Positions 1 through 13,715 of a stretch of 64,000 nucleotides of DNA are shown here, in pieces (the stretch's first letter is position 1; every line of letters starts with the position of its first letter). Made by a program: the position numbers and the translations under genes. The DNA is taken from the NCBI GenBank assembly GCA_951406725.2, contig OX597829.1:29512001-29576000 (forward strand), read 5' to 3'. This DNA comes from Octopus vulgaris (Eukaryota). The notes beneath the pieces were generated by a model. It had not been told where the DNA came from and did no database searches. It was given only the letters and a program-made list of their open reading frames with translations.

Positions 1-216
1 TTGCTTGTGAAAAGCACTTTCATAAGTTTGTTCTAAACACCCTTACTCATTTTCAAACTTTTAGTTAATCCTTATTTCATACATTCTGAGTAATATAAAG
101 ATTTCTTTTCATAAGTCCTATATTAATCTTCTCATTGAAAAACTTGGGAATGTGTATCGTATATGTTGTACGGATGTTAGGGAAATATGTCCTGTGTATC
201 ACCGGCAAAGGGTTAA
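1..216. mobile_element. Right end of a piggyBac-type non-autonomous element
   Basis: Ends in ...GGCAAAGGG|TTAA, the same AAAGGG-TTAA terminus as complete MITEs elsewhere in the window; the left end is not visible. Confidence 0.4.
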
Positions 217-1209
217 AGAATTTGTATTACTGCTACTGTTGTTGTGGTCAGTTGGTTAGCTTTTTTTTTTTTTAATCTTTTGTGGTGATGGTGGTAAGTG
301 TGAGGTGGGTAATAAGTACTATTGTTGCTCTTGTTTTTGTTATCCTTAGTCCAGTAGCAATTCAGATAAAAATATTCTAGTTCTGAATTAAAAGTGCTTT
401 CTGGAAATGTAATCTAAAAAACCAATCTTGTTTGAAGTGGCAGTGGTAGTGGTTGACTTGAGCTTTGTACAAGGTACAACCATGTATGCATGTGGAACTA
501 ACAAGGCCAACCATTGGGTGTAATGTTCTTGGGCACTATATACTAAGGGATTCATGGAAAATTATGATTTACTTTTAAAATAAAATGAAATAAAATTGTT
601 ACCTTCTACATTTTAAAAATATTCCCCCACTTTCACACATTTTAGTATTTACTGATCTCATAATTTTTAAGATCGGTAAACAAGGGGTACTTATATGTCT
701 GTGTATATACATTTTGTGTGTGTATGTGTGTGTGTATGTATATATATATATATCATAAACTTTTTTCCTTTTTCTTTTTTGTTTAACATTATACATACTA
801 ATACACAAACACACAGCTTTCTTTTCTTTGTACATATGCATATGTGTGTGTGTGTGTGTATATATATTACAAAGTGACTCAAAGTCTCAGAGTTTTGTGC
901 ATGGCACTCTCTGCCCTTGAGTGACTTTGATGATTAAAAATAAAAAATGTATATGTATAGATGTGTTTGTGTATATATGCATTTATATATATATATTTAT
1001 ATGTATTTATGTATGTGTATGTAATATAATATCTATATGTATAACATATAAATTTTGTGTGTATGTATGTATGTATGTATATATATATATATATATATAC
1101 ATATATATAGGGCATCCGGCCATAGAAAATCTGCTACAAACTGTGACCCCTGTAAGTATGGAGAAATGAATATTAAATGATAATAATATTTATATATGTG
1201 TATGTATTA

Positions 1210-1425
1210 TGAATATATATATATATATTATTAAATATATATTTATATATTAATATATATATATATTAAATATATATTTATATATTAATATATATATATA
1301 TATATTTATATATATATTAAATATATATATTTATATATTAATATATATTAAATATATATTAACGGTGGTGCATCAGCATAGCCGCAGTTATGAGCTGGAA
1401 CTACAGCAATATATATATATATGTA

Positions 1426-1479
<54 letters not shown>

Positions 1480-1480
1480 C
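1210..1480. repeat. AT-only minisatellite and (TA)n tracts with a short SINE 3' fragment (about 1360-1410)
   Basis: Repeating ATATATATTAAATATATATTTATATATTA units; GGTGGTGCATCAGCATAGCCGCAG matches the 3' end of SINE family A. Confidence 0.7.
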
Positions 1481-1560
1481 ACACACACATATATAATAGT
1501 TTGTAGCTGGGGTCCAGCATTGATTCAGTTCCTTGTTGAATGTGTGTATGCTTATGTCTA

Positions 1561-1610
<50 letters not shown>

Positions 1611-2594
1611 TTTGTTTTTTATGTATAATTTTGTGATATTATAAACCATGTGTTTATTGATGGATTGTTATAGTTTTTTGCTTATAGCACTGAAATTCAA
1701 AACCAATTTTTACTTGTATAGTGATATATCTACATTTTTTTTTGTTTTGAAAAAAAAAATCATCTTTCTGTACTTAGTAACCCTGTCTTTTAGTATTACA
1801 TATATTTTGTTTTGTTTTTTTTGTCATAGCTACTTGAATATATGTTTTCTAAACATTTTTTTCTCCTTTTCTTTTGGGATATCCAATATGTATTGTCTTT
1901 CATATATTCATTTTACCTTTTTTTCTGTCAGATATATTTTCACTCATTACTTCAGAAAGAAAATGAGTGCAAAACAAAGCAAAAAAAAAAAAAAAAAAAA
2001 ATTATGATGCATTGTCTTTCAGTGAAGTCCAACTCCAGTCCAAATGATTCCGTCTTAGTGCTGCTTCTTTTTTTCTTTGTTTTTCTATTTTTTTTGTTAA
2101 ATATAACAATTTAGACTTACAAAAATGTCTAAGTCTGCTGTTGTCCTATTTAAAATATTTTTCTTTTTCTTTATTTTCTTTATTTTTTTTTTTTTTTTTT
2201 TTTTGCAACTATATTTTTCGGTCCAATCTCAGTGTTCGTTCTGATATTTTACACGATGTTAACTTTTGACTTTCAAGTGTATTATTGTACACTCTCATGT
2301 ACCCGTGAAAGACGCATTTTACTTTAGCATTTAAACGCATACACACACACACATACACACATTTATATATACATACATGGCATCATATACTTGTTGGCAA
2401 GTCAAGTACCGCATTAGTTCAAATGAAATAACAACATGCATACATACATACATGCAAATATAAACACACAATGCACATATGCATTATTGCATTTGTTGTC
2501 CAGAACCATAGTGGTTCGAACCAAGTAAAGGTCATTTATCATTTTTTTACTTTTACTTTTATATGTTCAGTCTTTCTCTCTTTCTCCACTCTAT

Positions 2595-2621
2595 CTCTCT
2601 ATATATATGTGTGTATATGTA

Positions 2622-2673
<52 letters not shown>

Positions 2674-2718
2674 CACACATATATATATATATATACACAC
2701 ACACATATACATACACAC

Positions 2719-2798
<80 letters not shown>

Positions 2799-2833
2799 GT
2801 TTGTATATATATGTATATATGTTCGTATATATG

Positions 2834-2880
<47 letters not shown>

Positions 2881-2905
2881 ACACATACACATACACACAC
2901 ACTTG
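2595..2905. repeat. Compound (TA)n/(TG)n/(CA)n microsatellite
   Basis: Directly visible; source of the YIYI/HTHT ORFs. Confidence 0.95.
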
Positions 2906-4182
2906 GATACATGCATTCTGGCTATACTCTTTCCCTTCTACTTACCTCAAAGAAATATTTTAGGTTACTAATTTTTACCTAATGAATATTTTCTTATTTT
3001 GTCTTTTTCTTTATAATATTTAAACAAATTATCATTAGTAATATGTAATTATTTCTTTTCCCTACACCCTCCACTTTTAATAACATCCGGTGACACAAGT
3101 TTTGTAGATATACATACTCTTTCTGGTGCTTTGTTACTCTTAAAACAAAAAAAAGTGAAGAAAATAAAAGAAAAAAACACAAACAAAACCAACTATCTGC
3201 CTCATTTGATCTCACTTGAATCCTATTCTGAAGTGAAAAAGAAAAGAAAAAAATATGATTAGTTTATTTTTCATTCTAAAATACATTCTGAAACCAAAAT
3301 ATTAGTTAGAAATATTTTTTAACTAATTTCACTTTCATATTGTCAAATTCCATTTCATTTTCAAAACTGTTCTTTTTATCCAATATCAAAGAAAAAAAAC
3401 AAAAAATGTCCATTTATTTTGTTCAGTTTTTTTTTTCTTTCTTTATACATCACCCACAAAACATCTTTGATTTTATTTTATTCAAATGTATTGTGTAAAT
3501 ATAAAGTTATATTATTATACAAAACAAAATTTATTATTAATAATAAAAATACCCTATTTTATCAATTTTTCTGTTATATAACAAAGAAATAATATAATTC
3601 CAAAAATATCTATTTCATGTTATCTTATTAACAAGTGTTTTCATTATTATTATTATTATTATTATCATTATTATTATCATTATTGTTTTGCTTGTAAATT
3701 TGATGCTGGTTTAAAAATCCATTATTAACATGTATTATAGTTTTTAAAATTTATTTATTTGGATTGAATACAGTTAATGATGTAATTTCAAAAGAATCAT
3801 TTTTAATCAGTCTTATAATGTTTGAATTAACATTTTCAACATATTTACATCATCATGCTTGAGTATATTAAAAAAAAAGAAGTAAAGGTAATGTGCTCAG
3901 TTTTTTTTCAGTCATGTTTTGAGTATACACATATACACACTCTTCCACATTCGTATATGTGCATGTATAAGTGGAGTGTGTGTGTATATGTATGTATATA
4001 TATGTGGTGTGTATATTTGTGTATGCATATATATGTGTATGTACATATATATATATATATGTGTGTGTGTGCTTATATATATATATATATATATTGGTAA
4101 TGGTTGGAAGCAGGAAGAGAATCCAACCATAAAACCCTGCATCAATTAATTCCTCAGCCAAACCCATGTTAACTTGGAAAAA

Positions 4183-4249
<67 letters not shown>

Positions 4250-4394
4250 GTATGTATTTGTGTGTGTGTATGTAAATACACATCCACCCAAGTATGCATG
4301 CACATTTATTTGCATAAGCTTCTTTGATTTTAACTTGGATATCTTTTTTTTTTCCCCACCTCTTTCTTTCAAGTCTGTCAATTTACACAACTTC

Positions 4395-4998
4395 TGGCAA
4401 AGTCATTAGAGCATCAAAAGAGTACCTCATTTTTGCTCCAGGTTTTTGTTTTTAAATTTTTACATTCTGAGTTCATGATGCACCAAAGGCAACTTTGCTT
4501 CTTATCCCTCTGGGAGTCAATAAAATAAAGTACCGGTGAAGTATGAAGTGTTAATGTTCATGTAACTCACTAACCCTTCTAAAAATTGCTTCCCTTATGC
4601 CCTTGTTAGAAAGAGTTAATATTATTAGGACAATAGAGGGGTAAAATTAAAAGAGTACAACACTAAATGTTTTGTGGTATTTATCATATGTTCCTTTACA
4701 TTGTGAGTTAAAGTCCTGTTACGGCTGACTTTCGCTTTTATCCAGGGTCGATAAATTAAGTGCAGATCATGCACCAGGGCTTGTTATAGTCATTCTTCAT
4801 CCTTCCCTAATATTCAGCTTTTTTTGCCATATTTCAATAGTTTATTAATACTATTTTCATTGTTGCTGTTGCTTTCTTTTATATGAGCTGTTTCAAGTCT
4901 CACTCAGAGACCTTAAGTATCAGCCAGTTGGACATTTTACTATAGGTGTTATCTATAAATAGCAATGATATATTCTGCAAGACCAAAATCTGAGAACT

Positions 4999-5035
<37 letters not shown>

Positions 5036-5775
5036 TATGAAAGTAGTGCTGCCAAAGTTGATGTTGCCTTTTCGGGGATCAATAAAATATGTACCAGTGA
5101 AACACTGGGGTCGATGCCATTGGCTAGTCCCCTCTGCAAAAATTTCTGGCTTTGTGCCTTTAGTAGAAAGGATTATTATTATTGTTGTTGTTGTTGTTGT
5201 TATTAAGGCAGTGCTGCTGAGGTCAACTTTGCCTTTCATCCTTTTGGGGTTGATTAAATAAGTACCAGTTACGCACTGGGGTCAGTGTAATTGACTTATC
5301 CCTCCTCTGAAATTGCTGGCTTTGTGCCAAAACTTGAAAGCATTATTACAAAGGCAACGATCTGGTAGAGTTGTTAGTACGTTGTCCAGATTTCACCAAG
5401 GTCAACCTTTCATCTTTTTGGGGGTCAATAAAATGAGTACCAGTCAAGCACTTGGATCAGTCTAATCAGCTAATCTCCTCTTCCAAAATTTCAAGCCTTG
5501 TGCCTATAGTAGAAAGAATTATTATTATTATTATTATTATTATTAAGGCAGTGAGCTGCTAAAATCATTAGCATGCTGGACAAAATGCTTAGCTACATTT
5601 TGTTTGTCTTTATGTTCTGAGTTCAAGTACTGCCAAGGTTGACTTTGCCTTTCATCCTTTCAGTGTCGATGAAATAAGTACCAATCAAGTGCTGGGGGGT
5701 GGGGGTGATATAATTGACTAGTCCCCCTTCTCCAAAATTTCAGGCCTTGTGCCTATAGAAGACATGATTATTATC
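4395..5775 (+). mobile_element. Head-to-tail cluster of about 6 tRNA-derived SINEs (family B, (ATT)n tails)
   Basis: Repeated AAGGCAGTGAGCTG...TTCTGAGTTCAAA (B-box-like)...GACTTTGCCTTTCATCCTT...AAGTACCAGT...GGCCTTGTGCCTATAGTAGAAAG followed by ATT repeats. Confidence 0.85.
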
Positions 5776-5794
5776 ATATAATAGAACACAAAAG

Positions 5795-6192
5795 TTTGGA
5801 TTGATAAGGTTTTACTAAGGGTGTGGGCAGTACTTGTCAACACAATCTTTTGGATTTCTTTGAGATATGGTTCCCTTCGGATGTTTAGATGTTTTTGACA
5901 TCTTTTTTTTTTTTATTATATCTAGGACACCTACAATAACAGGAAGAGTTTTTGCTTAAAGATGACACATTTTTTTTTGTATTTCAACTTCCAGGTCCTT
6001 ATATTTATTAAGCTTGTCAAATTCCTTTACAGATATATTTTTATTAGTGAGGCCACTTACATCTATCAATCTACAAATATTTTCTTTCCTGTCTTTAATA
6101 ATGTCTGGTCAATTAGTCCAGATTCTTCTGTCAGTATTGACTGGGACATCCCAGAAGATGATGACATTTTTACCTTTAACTCAGGATGGTGT
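5795..6192 (-). mobile_element. R4/Dong-clade LINE 3' fragment (restriction-like endonuclease, decayed)
   Basis: Translates IFWDVPVNTDRRIWTN*PDIIKDRKENICRLIDV...KEFDKLNKYKDLEVEI...LPVIVGVLD...EIQKIVLTSTAHTL, a PD..D RLE domain; flanked by TAA/TTA repeats. Confidence 0.8.
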
Positions 6193-6364
6193 TTATTATT
6201 ATTATAATTATTATTATTGCTATCACCTGATATTTTGGAATAAAAAGAAAAGTATAAATATTTGACCAGTCAACTTTATGGTTCTACAAAGGTAAACTCT
6301 TTTACTTCAGTCATTTGAATTTAGGATTAAATTACCATCATCACCACCATGAGCCAACAAGGAA

Positions 6365-6580
6365 GCCTCTATGCAAATACTTGAAGTGCTAGAAATGGTG
6401 ATCAAAACTCCATCACATCTTAATCCTACTGTCTTAAAAAATGATAAGGACACATTAGATAATGTAGTCCTAGATATCCTTTAATAAAAAAAAAAAATGA
6501 AATGATCACAGTTGGAATGGCCTTTGACTATAGGTCAGCTCAGTCAGATTGACCTTGGGCTAAACAATAACAGCAAAGAT
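6365..6580 (+). repeat. Interspersed repeat with CAA-like tail (second copy about 7290-7500)
   Basis: Both copies share GACACA(TT/TG)..ATAATGTAGTC.TAGATAT...TGGAAT...GACCT...TAAA. Confidence 0.6.
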
Positions 6581-6679
6581 AAAAACCACCACTTTTGCTA
6601 GCAGATGAATTTCACTGTAATTTTTTGCACCCACTTCGATTTATATATTCACACAAAAAAATTAATGTTAGCAATGAAA

Positions 6680-7030
6680 TCCTTTTATCTTGTTTTAGTC
6701 ATTGGACTGCAGCCATACTGGGGTACCTCCTTGAAGGGTTTTTTGTTGAATAATTTGACCTCAGCACTTATTTTTTAAGTCTCTGGTATTTATTCTCTCA
6801 TTCTCTTTTGCTGAACCACTATGTTACAGGGATGTAAACAAACCACTCCAGCTGTCAGGCGATGGGAAGGGTGTCAGACAGACACATGCACATATATATG
6901 CACAGTTTCCATCTATTTATATTCACTCACAAGATATTTCTCAGCCTGGGGTTACAGTAGAAGATACCCAAGGTGCTGCATGATGAGGCTGATCCTAAAA
7001 CAGCATAGTTGCAAAGTGAGCTGCAAACTG
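6680..7030 (-). mobile_element. tRNA-derived SINE family A
   Basis: Reverse complement of the element ending ...CAGCATGGCTGCAGTCAAATGAC.GAAA, as in the plus-strand copy at 58410-58655. Confidence 0.75.
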
Positions 7031-7744
7031 GTGAATTAATTTGAACTTCAGTATATTAAACTGTTAAATATAAGCTGGCAAGAATGAGTAGTACCCCTAA
7101 TTCAAAAGGCCAGCTTTGTCACATCTGTGTCATACTGTCTCCCTGAGAACTACATTAAGGATACACGCATCAATGGAGTGCTCAATGACTTGGACATTTA
7201 TTTCATGAGCAGGCTTTTCTGTTGATTGGATCAACTGGAACCCTCATCGTTGTAACCGAGTGCCAGAGACAAGTGAAAGAAGTATCAGTACAGTTACTTG
7301 ATTGGTGAACAAAAGCGTCCAAATATCCTTCAAATCTTGCCTCATTGTCTTACAAGAAAAAAGAGACACATGGATAATGTAGTCGTAGATATGTTTTGCT
7401 TACAAAAGTAGATCAATTAAATAGATGGGACAGTCATATCTGGAATTACTTTCATCACAGGTTTACTGAATCAGGACTCACCTGGTTAAATAGTGATAAC
7501 AAAATATTTTAAAAATTAATTCCACCCAGGTTGACTTTGCCTTTCATCTGCTCGGGGTTGATAAATCAAGTACCAGTTGCGTACTGGGGTCGATCTGATT
7601 GATTGACCCCCTTCCCCAAAATTTCGGGCCTTGTGCCTAGAGTAGTACAGAATATTTTTTAAATTGTTTTAATACAATATTGAAAAAAAAACTGTTTGCC
7701 ACTGTCTTGTAATCAACCATGCTTGTTAGTAGTTAATTAGATCT

Positions 7745-8245
7745 ATCATCATCATCATCATTTAACATCTATTGTCCGTGCTGGCATGAGTTGGACAGTT
7801 TGACTAGAGTTGGCAAGCTGGGGAGTTGTACCAGGTTCCATCCTCATTTGGCTTTGTTTCTATGGCTGGATGCTCTTCCTAATGCCAACTACTTTACAGA
7901 GTGTGCTGGGTGCCTGAATGTAGCTCTACAAGGGCGCTTTTAAGTGGAGCTGCATTGAGTGCTTTTAGGTGGCATTGCATGGGTACTTTTACTTGGCACC
8001 ACACAAGCGCTTTTATGTGGCTTTTTCACAGGCTCCTTTACACGGCACTGCACGGGTGCTTTTATGTGATATTGCACAGGCACTTTTACATAGCACCAGC
8101 ACAGGTCTCTTGAGGTCAATCCTCACCAGAGGACCAGTATTTAACACTTCTACTGAGGAGTACAGGTCTTCTTGAGTACAGCAAGGCACCAGGCATCTTG
8201 GTCTTTTGTCATCTTGTCTGAAAGGTTCAGCATCCTTGGGTCATT
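7745..8245 (-). mobile_element. SINE/LINE 3' fragment with RTE-like (GAT)n tail and about 20-bp internal tandem repeats
   Basis: CATCATCATTTAAC.TC...TGCTGGCATG..TTGGACAGTTTGACT shared with the 19410 copy; repeated G.GCTTTTA..TGGCAC units. Confidence 0.7.
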
Positions 8246-9954
8246 AATAAAATAAAAAATTGTAAATAAGTGTAAATGTGTTTATGTTCCTTGACAGTTT
8301 ATAAACAATGTAACCCTTTTTTTTTTCTTTTTCTGTGATAATTGGTAAAAGTAAAACATTCGATTTTAAGGACTGGAATAAATTTTAATATCAGAAAGCC
8401 TTATTTATGATAGGAAGTTATAAAAATGTAAACTGATTCTTTTCTTGCTTTCAATTTGTGAATAAAAAGAAAGATGGGGTATGGGTTGACTTAAAGCAGA
8501 CCAGTTCACAGTTTGTTGATTGCTTTTCAGACATACCCACTTACTTTCTCCAATCAATAGCACTAGATATGCTATATAAAACAGTCAAGAATTATGCTAT
8601 TACTATAGTGGATAGCTTAATTTGCATATTTCTATTTTACACATTCACAGTTTTAATATTTATTACTGTTTTCTGTTCTATACAAATCCTTTGATATAGC
8701 CATATCCTTTTTCTCTTATTAATAATGCTACAGCTTTACATTTTGTTTAAGACTTTAGTTTTTGATCTAGAATAAAGAAATGACATTTAAAACTGTTGAG
8801 CAGTAGATAAAAAAATGGGGGTCAGGACAAAGGAAGTTTTCCACTAGATGAAGAAGTGTATTACATCCATAACAACTGGAGGTGAGGAGCTATCTATTTT
8901 GCTTGATTCTAATCTCATATTAATCCCATGTGATCTATGAAGATGCCCTGATTGCAAAAATTCTTCTGAAATGGAAATGTTATTAGCTATTACACATTTC
9001 TCAATGAAAATTACTACTATTAATGGTTGGATGCGTGATGATTATAGTGATAGCAGTGAAGGTAATGATGAATCAACAGTGAAACTAATAATAATAATAA
9101 TAATAATAATAATCCTTCAAAGTCAACCTTGGTGGAATTTGAACTCTGGATGTAAAGCAGGACGAAATGTCACTGAGCATTTTGTCTGGCACACTCACTA
9201 CCTTTATGATAATAACAATAATAATTCTTTTTTTCCGTTTGGAACATGGCCATCAATTTTGAGGGGTGGGGTGGTGCAGATCAATTGCATCAACCTCAGT
9301 ACTTGGCTGGTAATTATTTTATCAACCCCAAAAATTAATGATTCTGCCAGCTCGCCACCTTAATGATAATAATGATGGTTTCAAATTTTGGCAGAAGGCC
9401 AGCAATTTTAGAAGAGAGCTCTAGTTGAATATACCAACTCCTTTTACTTATTTACTACAAGAGCACAAAAGAAGAGATATTACAAGGATAGAATTGATCA
9501 TTAATTCTTCTTCATATTATTATTACTAATAATAATATTCATGGAAACTTTTTTGTCTGTTTATTGCAAGACGAAGTTATATGTCTGCTTTTCCCAACAT
9601 AAATGAAATAAACCAATTAACTGAGAACTAAAATAAATATATAAAAAAAATGGTATCAGTTGCTAAAAAAAGATTATTCTCACCACTCCATGCCATCCCA
9701 TCCCTAGGTCTCTATCTTTAGTCAATGAATTGATTTCAGTTAATGAGACACACAAGACGCTGTTTAATAGTGATGATATACAAACATCTGTAATAATCTC
9801 AGTTACATTATACACTGAATTAGCATTTAAAAGATAATGGTTTCCCATTTAAGTGCAAAATATTTTCCTTCACATGGGTCTTTAAGAAAAAAAATTAATT
9901 TAATTTTTTTGCATGTTGTTCACTTCTTTTCATGAGATCTTTTGTCATTTAGCC

Positions 9955-10280
9955 ATTATTTGTTTCAGTCATTGGACTGGAACATTACCTTGATGGGTTT
10001 AGTTGGAAAAAAAATTGATCCCAGGACATTTTTTAAAAGTCTTGTATCGTTTTGTCAGTCTTGTTTGTTGAGCTGCTAAGTTACAGGGGTATAAACAAAC
10101 TGACGCAGGTTGTCAATTGGAAATGGACATGGTGGAGACAAACACTGACTCAAAGGTGCACACAGGCATTGGTTGACCAGAGCTATATTAGAAGACACTT
10201 GCTTGAGGTGCCACGCAGTGGGACCAAACTTGAAACCACGTGGTCACAAAGTATTCATTTTAACCACAGTCATGCCTGCT
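9955..10280 (-). mobile_element. tRNA-derived SINE family A
   Basis: TGTTTCAGTCATTGGACTG...GAGGTGCCACGCAGTGGGACCAAACTTGAAACCACGTGG...TAACCACAGTCATGCCTG, the reverse complement of a tRNA-like head with A/B boxes. Confidence 0.8.
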
Positions 10281-10554
10281 AGTTCTTTATTTTGAATGGT
10301 CTCCTTTTTCAATGACATTTACAATCAGTACAATATGTCCACCTTTTTTCTGTAAACTTTGCCCTCAGTTGAATGAAAGGGAAAAGTTGACCTGAATTCA
10401 AATCTTGCCATGTTTCAGTTTGTCTTCCTTTGTTCCAGGCTCAGCTAATTACTGAATAACCATTTTAATGAACTCTACCTACTCTACCATCTTTCTTTTA
10501 AAATTCAATATATTTTTGAAGTTAGAAATTATTAATATTATTACTATTATTATT

Positions 10555-10990
10555 AAGGTGGTGAGTTTGCAGAATCATTAGCATGGTGAACAAAAGGCTT
10601 AGTGGTATAACTTTACATTCTGAGTTTAAATTCCATGAATGTTGAATTTACTTTTTATCTTGTTTCAAGGTTGATAAAATAAGAATCTGTCAACTCTAAG
10701 GTTGATGTCAACTTGTCTTCTCCCCTCAAAATTGGTAACCCCCATGTCATATTACTATCGTTATTGTTGTTATTAAGATGGTGAGCTGGAAAATTTGTTA
10801 CTATACTGGACAGAATGCTTAGCATTTCTTCTAGCCCTTTATATTTTGAATTTAAATGCCACCAAGGTTGACTTTGCCTTTCATCCTTTCAGGGTTAATA
10901 AAATAAGTGCCAGTTGATTAGGGAGTTGATGTAATTGACCACCTTCTCCCCTAAAATTTCAGGCCTTGTGCCCACAGTAGAATAATATAT
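10555..10990 (+). mobile_element. Two tandem family B SINEs
   Basis: AAGGTGGTGAG.TTGCAGAATCATTAGC and AAGATGGTGAGCTGG heads, each preceded by ATT repeats. Confidence 0.75.
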
Positions 10991-11409
10991 TATCATTGTC
11001 ACATCATTGATAACTGGCATCTTAAATTCATTTGAGTCATAATCTTGGTAAATAAACTTTTTTTTTCTGCTGCTAGAATACAAGACTATCAGCCTATATC
11101 ATTCAAGATTTTTATTTATTTATATTGTCTTCATACACCACCAAACATTTGTATGTTTAGCATTTAGCTGACAGTCATTGATATTTTCAATCATAATAGC
11201 ATTTGATTTTATAGTCCTTCAATTGCTTCCAGTTTGTACATGTGGGAAGTTCTGTTGGAGTTACTTGATGTTTTGCCTATTAATTTTTTAACTGTATATA
11301 TAGCAACACAATTCATGAATAGAATGAAAATAGTCACATCTACTTAGGATAAATCTTAGAAATCACATACACACACACACACACGTATATGTGTGTGCAT
11401 ATGTATGTC

Positions 11410-11439
<30 letters not shown>

Positions 11440-11440
<1 letters not shown>

Positions 11441-11740
11441 TTCGTTTTTGGATTTGGTTGGCAAGATTCTTTATGTGAGTGTTGAAGCATATTCTGTTGT
11501 ATCTGGGGAGAGTCATTCTCTTTTGGTGCCTTATAATTTAATAAAAGAGTCAAAACTACTGAAAAGGTTGCAAGATGCAACGAAAATTTTAGAAAAATAA
11601 AAAAGAAATAAGTGAAAATTTTACCGGTGAGTGTGTTAAATTATAAGACACCAAAAGAGAATGACTCTCCCCAGACACTACACACACACACTACACATGA
11701 ATCATTAAGATGTTTCCAAGTCATTTTTAATCAAATAAGC
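11440..11740. repeat. Rearranged repeat forming a 40-bp inverted repeat
   Basis: 11502-11541 and 11636-11675 are reverse complements with one mismatch. Confidence 0.8.
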
Positions 11741-11814
11741 ACCATATACACACACATGCATTTTTACAAGTTTCCTTATTTCATGCTTATATTTCTCCAA
11801 GAATATGAAATATA

Positions 11815-12165
11815 TTGTCATATGGGCAGTTAGTATACATCTGACGTGTAACATATGGGGAGCTTCTGTAGGTATAATGTATATAACATACGTACAGCTA
11901 GTGTAGTTAATATAATATATATCACCTATAGGCTGCTAGTATGCATCTTTTTTCTATAGCCAGTTTGTGTAGATCTTATAATATATAACTTATGGGAAAC
12001 TGGAATAAACATCATGTATTGCATACAGGCAGCTTGTGTTGATATAATGATATATAACATATGCTGTTTTATGTATAAGTTTTTGTCAGTTTTATATGGG
12101 CAGATAGTGTAAATCTTGTAAAATGTAACTTATGAGCAGCCTGTGTAGATCTTATATAATAACAT
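11815..12165. repeat. Degenerate minisatellite, unit about 35 bp
   Basis: Recurring CATATGGGCAGCTAGTGTAGATCTTATAATATATAA-like units, about 9 copies. Confidence 0.6.
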
Positions 12166-13384
12166 GAATCTTTGATTACATCTTTATTTTTCATATACAA
12201 AATCATAAAATTGATTGACACATGTTTATAGTGGTAATGTGTGGTGTTTGAAATTAAAAATCCATATTTTAAGATACCAATGGCTGATCTTATGCTCTGA
12301 TGACTAATTCATATTATCTATATGCATATGTCTATGTTTTTTTTCATTCACTTTTTTTTCTTTCTTTATCAGTTGAAAATATATTTCTTGTTTCTCTCTT
12401 TAAACTATATATATACCTGAATATCTTAGGAAATAGGGGAGGGGTTACAAAAGACAAAAAAAAAAAAAAGCGAAATGAAAGCATTATTTGTGAATATTTA
12501 GAAAGAAATGGCTTCATTACTAAAATGTATTCACAATATTCTGAGTGTTTTAGAGCACTGGGTATATTGTTGGAAGGCCAACTCTGATAAATGGTCCCTT
12601 GGGTTGTAGGCAATTTTTCTTTCTTCCTGTAATCCACAATTTCCTGTTTTCTCTACCTTAAAACATAAAACTTTTGAGACTCATCAAAAGAGAAACTAAA
12701 AACTTAGATTAACATTCATTATAGAAATCTGCTTTCTTAAAAAAAAAGTTTCTGTCATTTTCTCAATAATTTCTCATAGTGTTATTAACGTAATTTTTTT
12801 AATATTCTTAAAATGAAAAAAATGTAAGCGCCAACTCTTCTTCTTCACACCGAAAACAAATGTCAGAACAACAAAAAAAAATCCCTGAAACAATATATTT
12901 TGAAATTTAAAGGAGATACCAAAAATTATAATAAAAATAGGTAACAAAGATGTTAAGAATAATAATTTTAACTTCACCTTAACAACAACAACCCTTCTTT
13001 TGTAAAACTTCAAACCTCTGCCAGCTGACTTGTTTTTTTTCTCTTTTTTTTTCAATAGTTGAATCTCAAAGTAAAAAATGAGTGGTTTTTTAACCAATGA
13101 TTGAATAATCTTAAATATTACGCTTGGTAAATGGTAAAAAGTCATGGCTACTTTTACCAGTACTACAGAGTCATTTGATTTTTATTCTATTTTTCAGGTT
13201 AGCATGGTTTACAATGCTAAGGATATGTTTATTTGGTTATTCCACTCTTACTTTGCCTGTTTTTATTGACTAATTCACTACTCTCTCTCTCTCCCTCACT
13301 CCCTCCCTCTCCCCCTCTCTCTAACAGACATATACACACACAACCACCAATTACAAATGGTGAAATATTTTTGTTGGTTGTTGA

Positions 13385-13715
13385 ACCTATTTGTTACTAT
13401 ATTTCTGTTGAAATACACAACCTTTTTTCCCAGTTAATTTTGAAAATGATGAATTTAGTAAAATAACATTTTGATGGAAGGTTTTAAGTTAGATCACTTT
13501 AACACATCAGTTATGATATTTCTGTTGAAATATACTGCCTTTGTTTCAGTTAATTTTGAAAATAATATATTTCGTAAAATAACCATACTAAGCCAGTGTT
13601 TGGAACATACGTTAACAAGAAATTTTGGTGGAAGGTTTTAATTTTGTTAACTTTAAAATAGGAAGTTTGTATCACAAGACCAAGGGCAGACTTAGGTGTG
13701 TCGATAGTAAAAGGC
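13385..13715. mobile_element. piggyBac-type MITE with internal duplication (family of 33352)
   Basis: TGTTACTATATTTCTGTTGAAATA...TTAATTTTGAAAAT occurs twice; homologous to the reverse complement of 33352-33573. Confidence 0.6.

Noticed and set aside
599-4305. Many ORFs rich in YI/HT/CV dipeptides (also at 19-20, 29-30, 35-36, 44-46 and 59 kb)
   Set aside because: Translations of TA/TG/CA microsatellites that lack stop codons, open in several frames on both strands.
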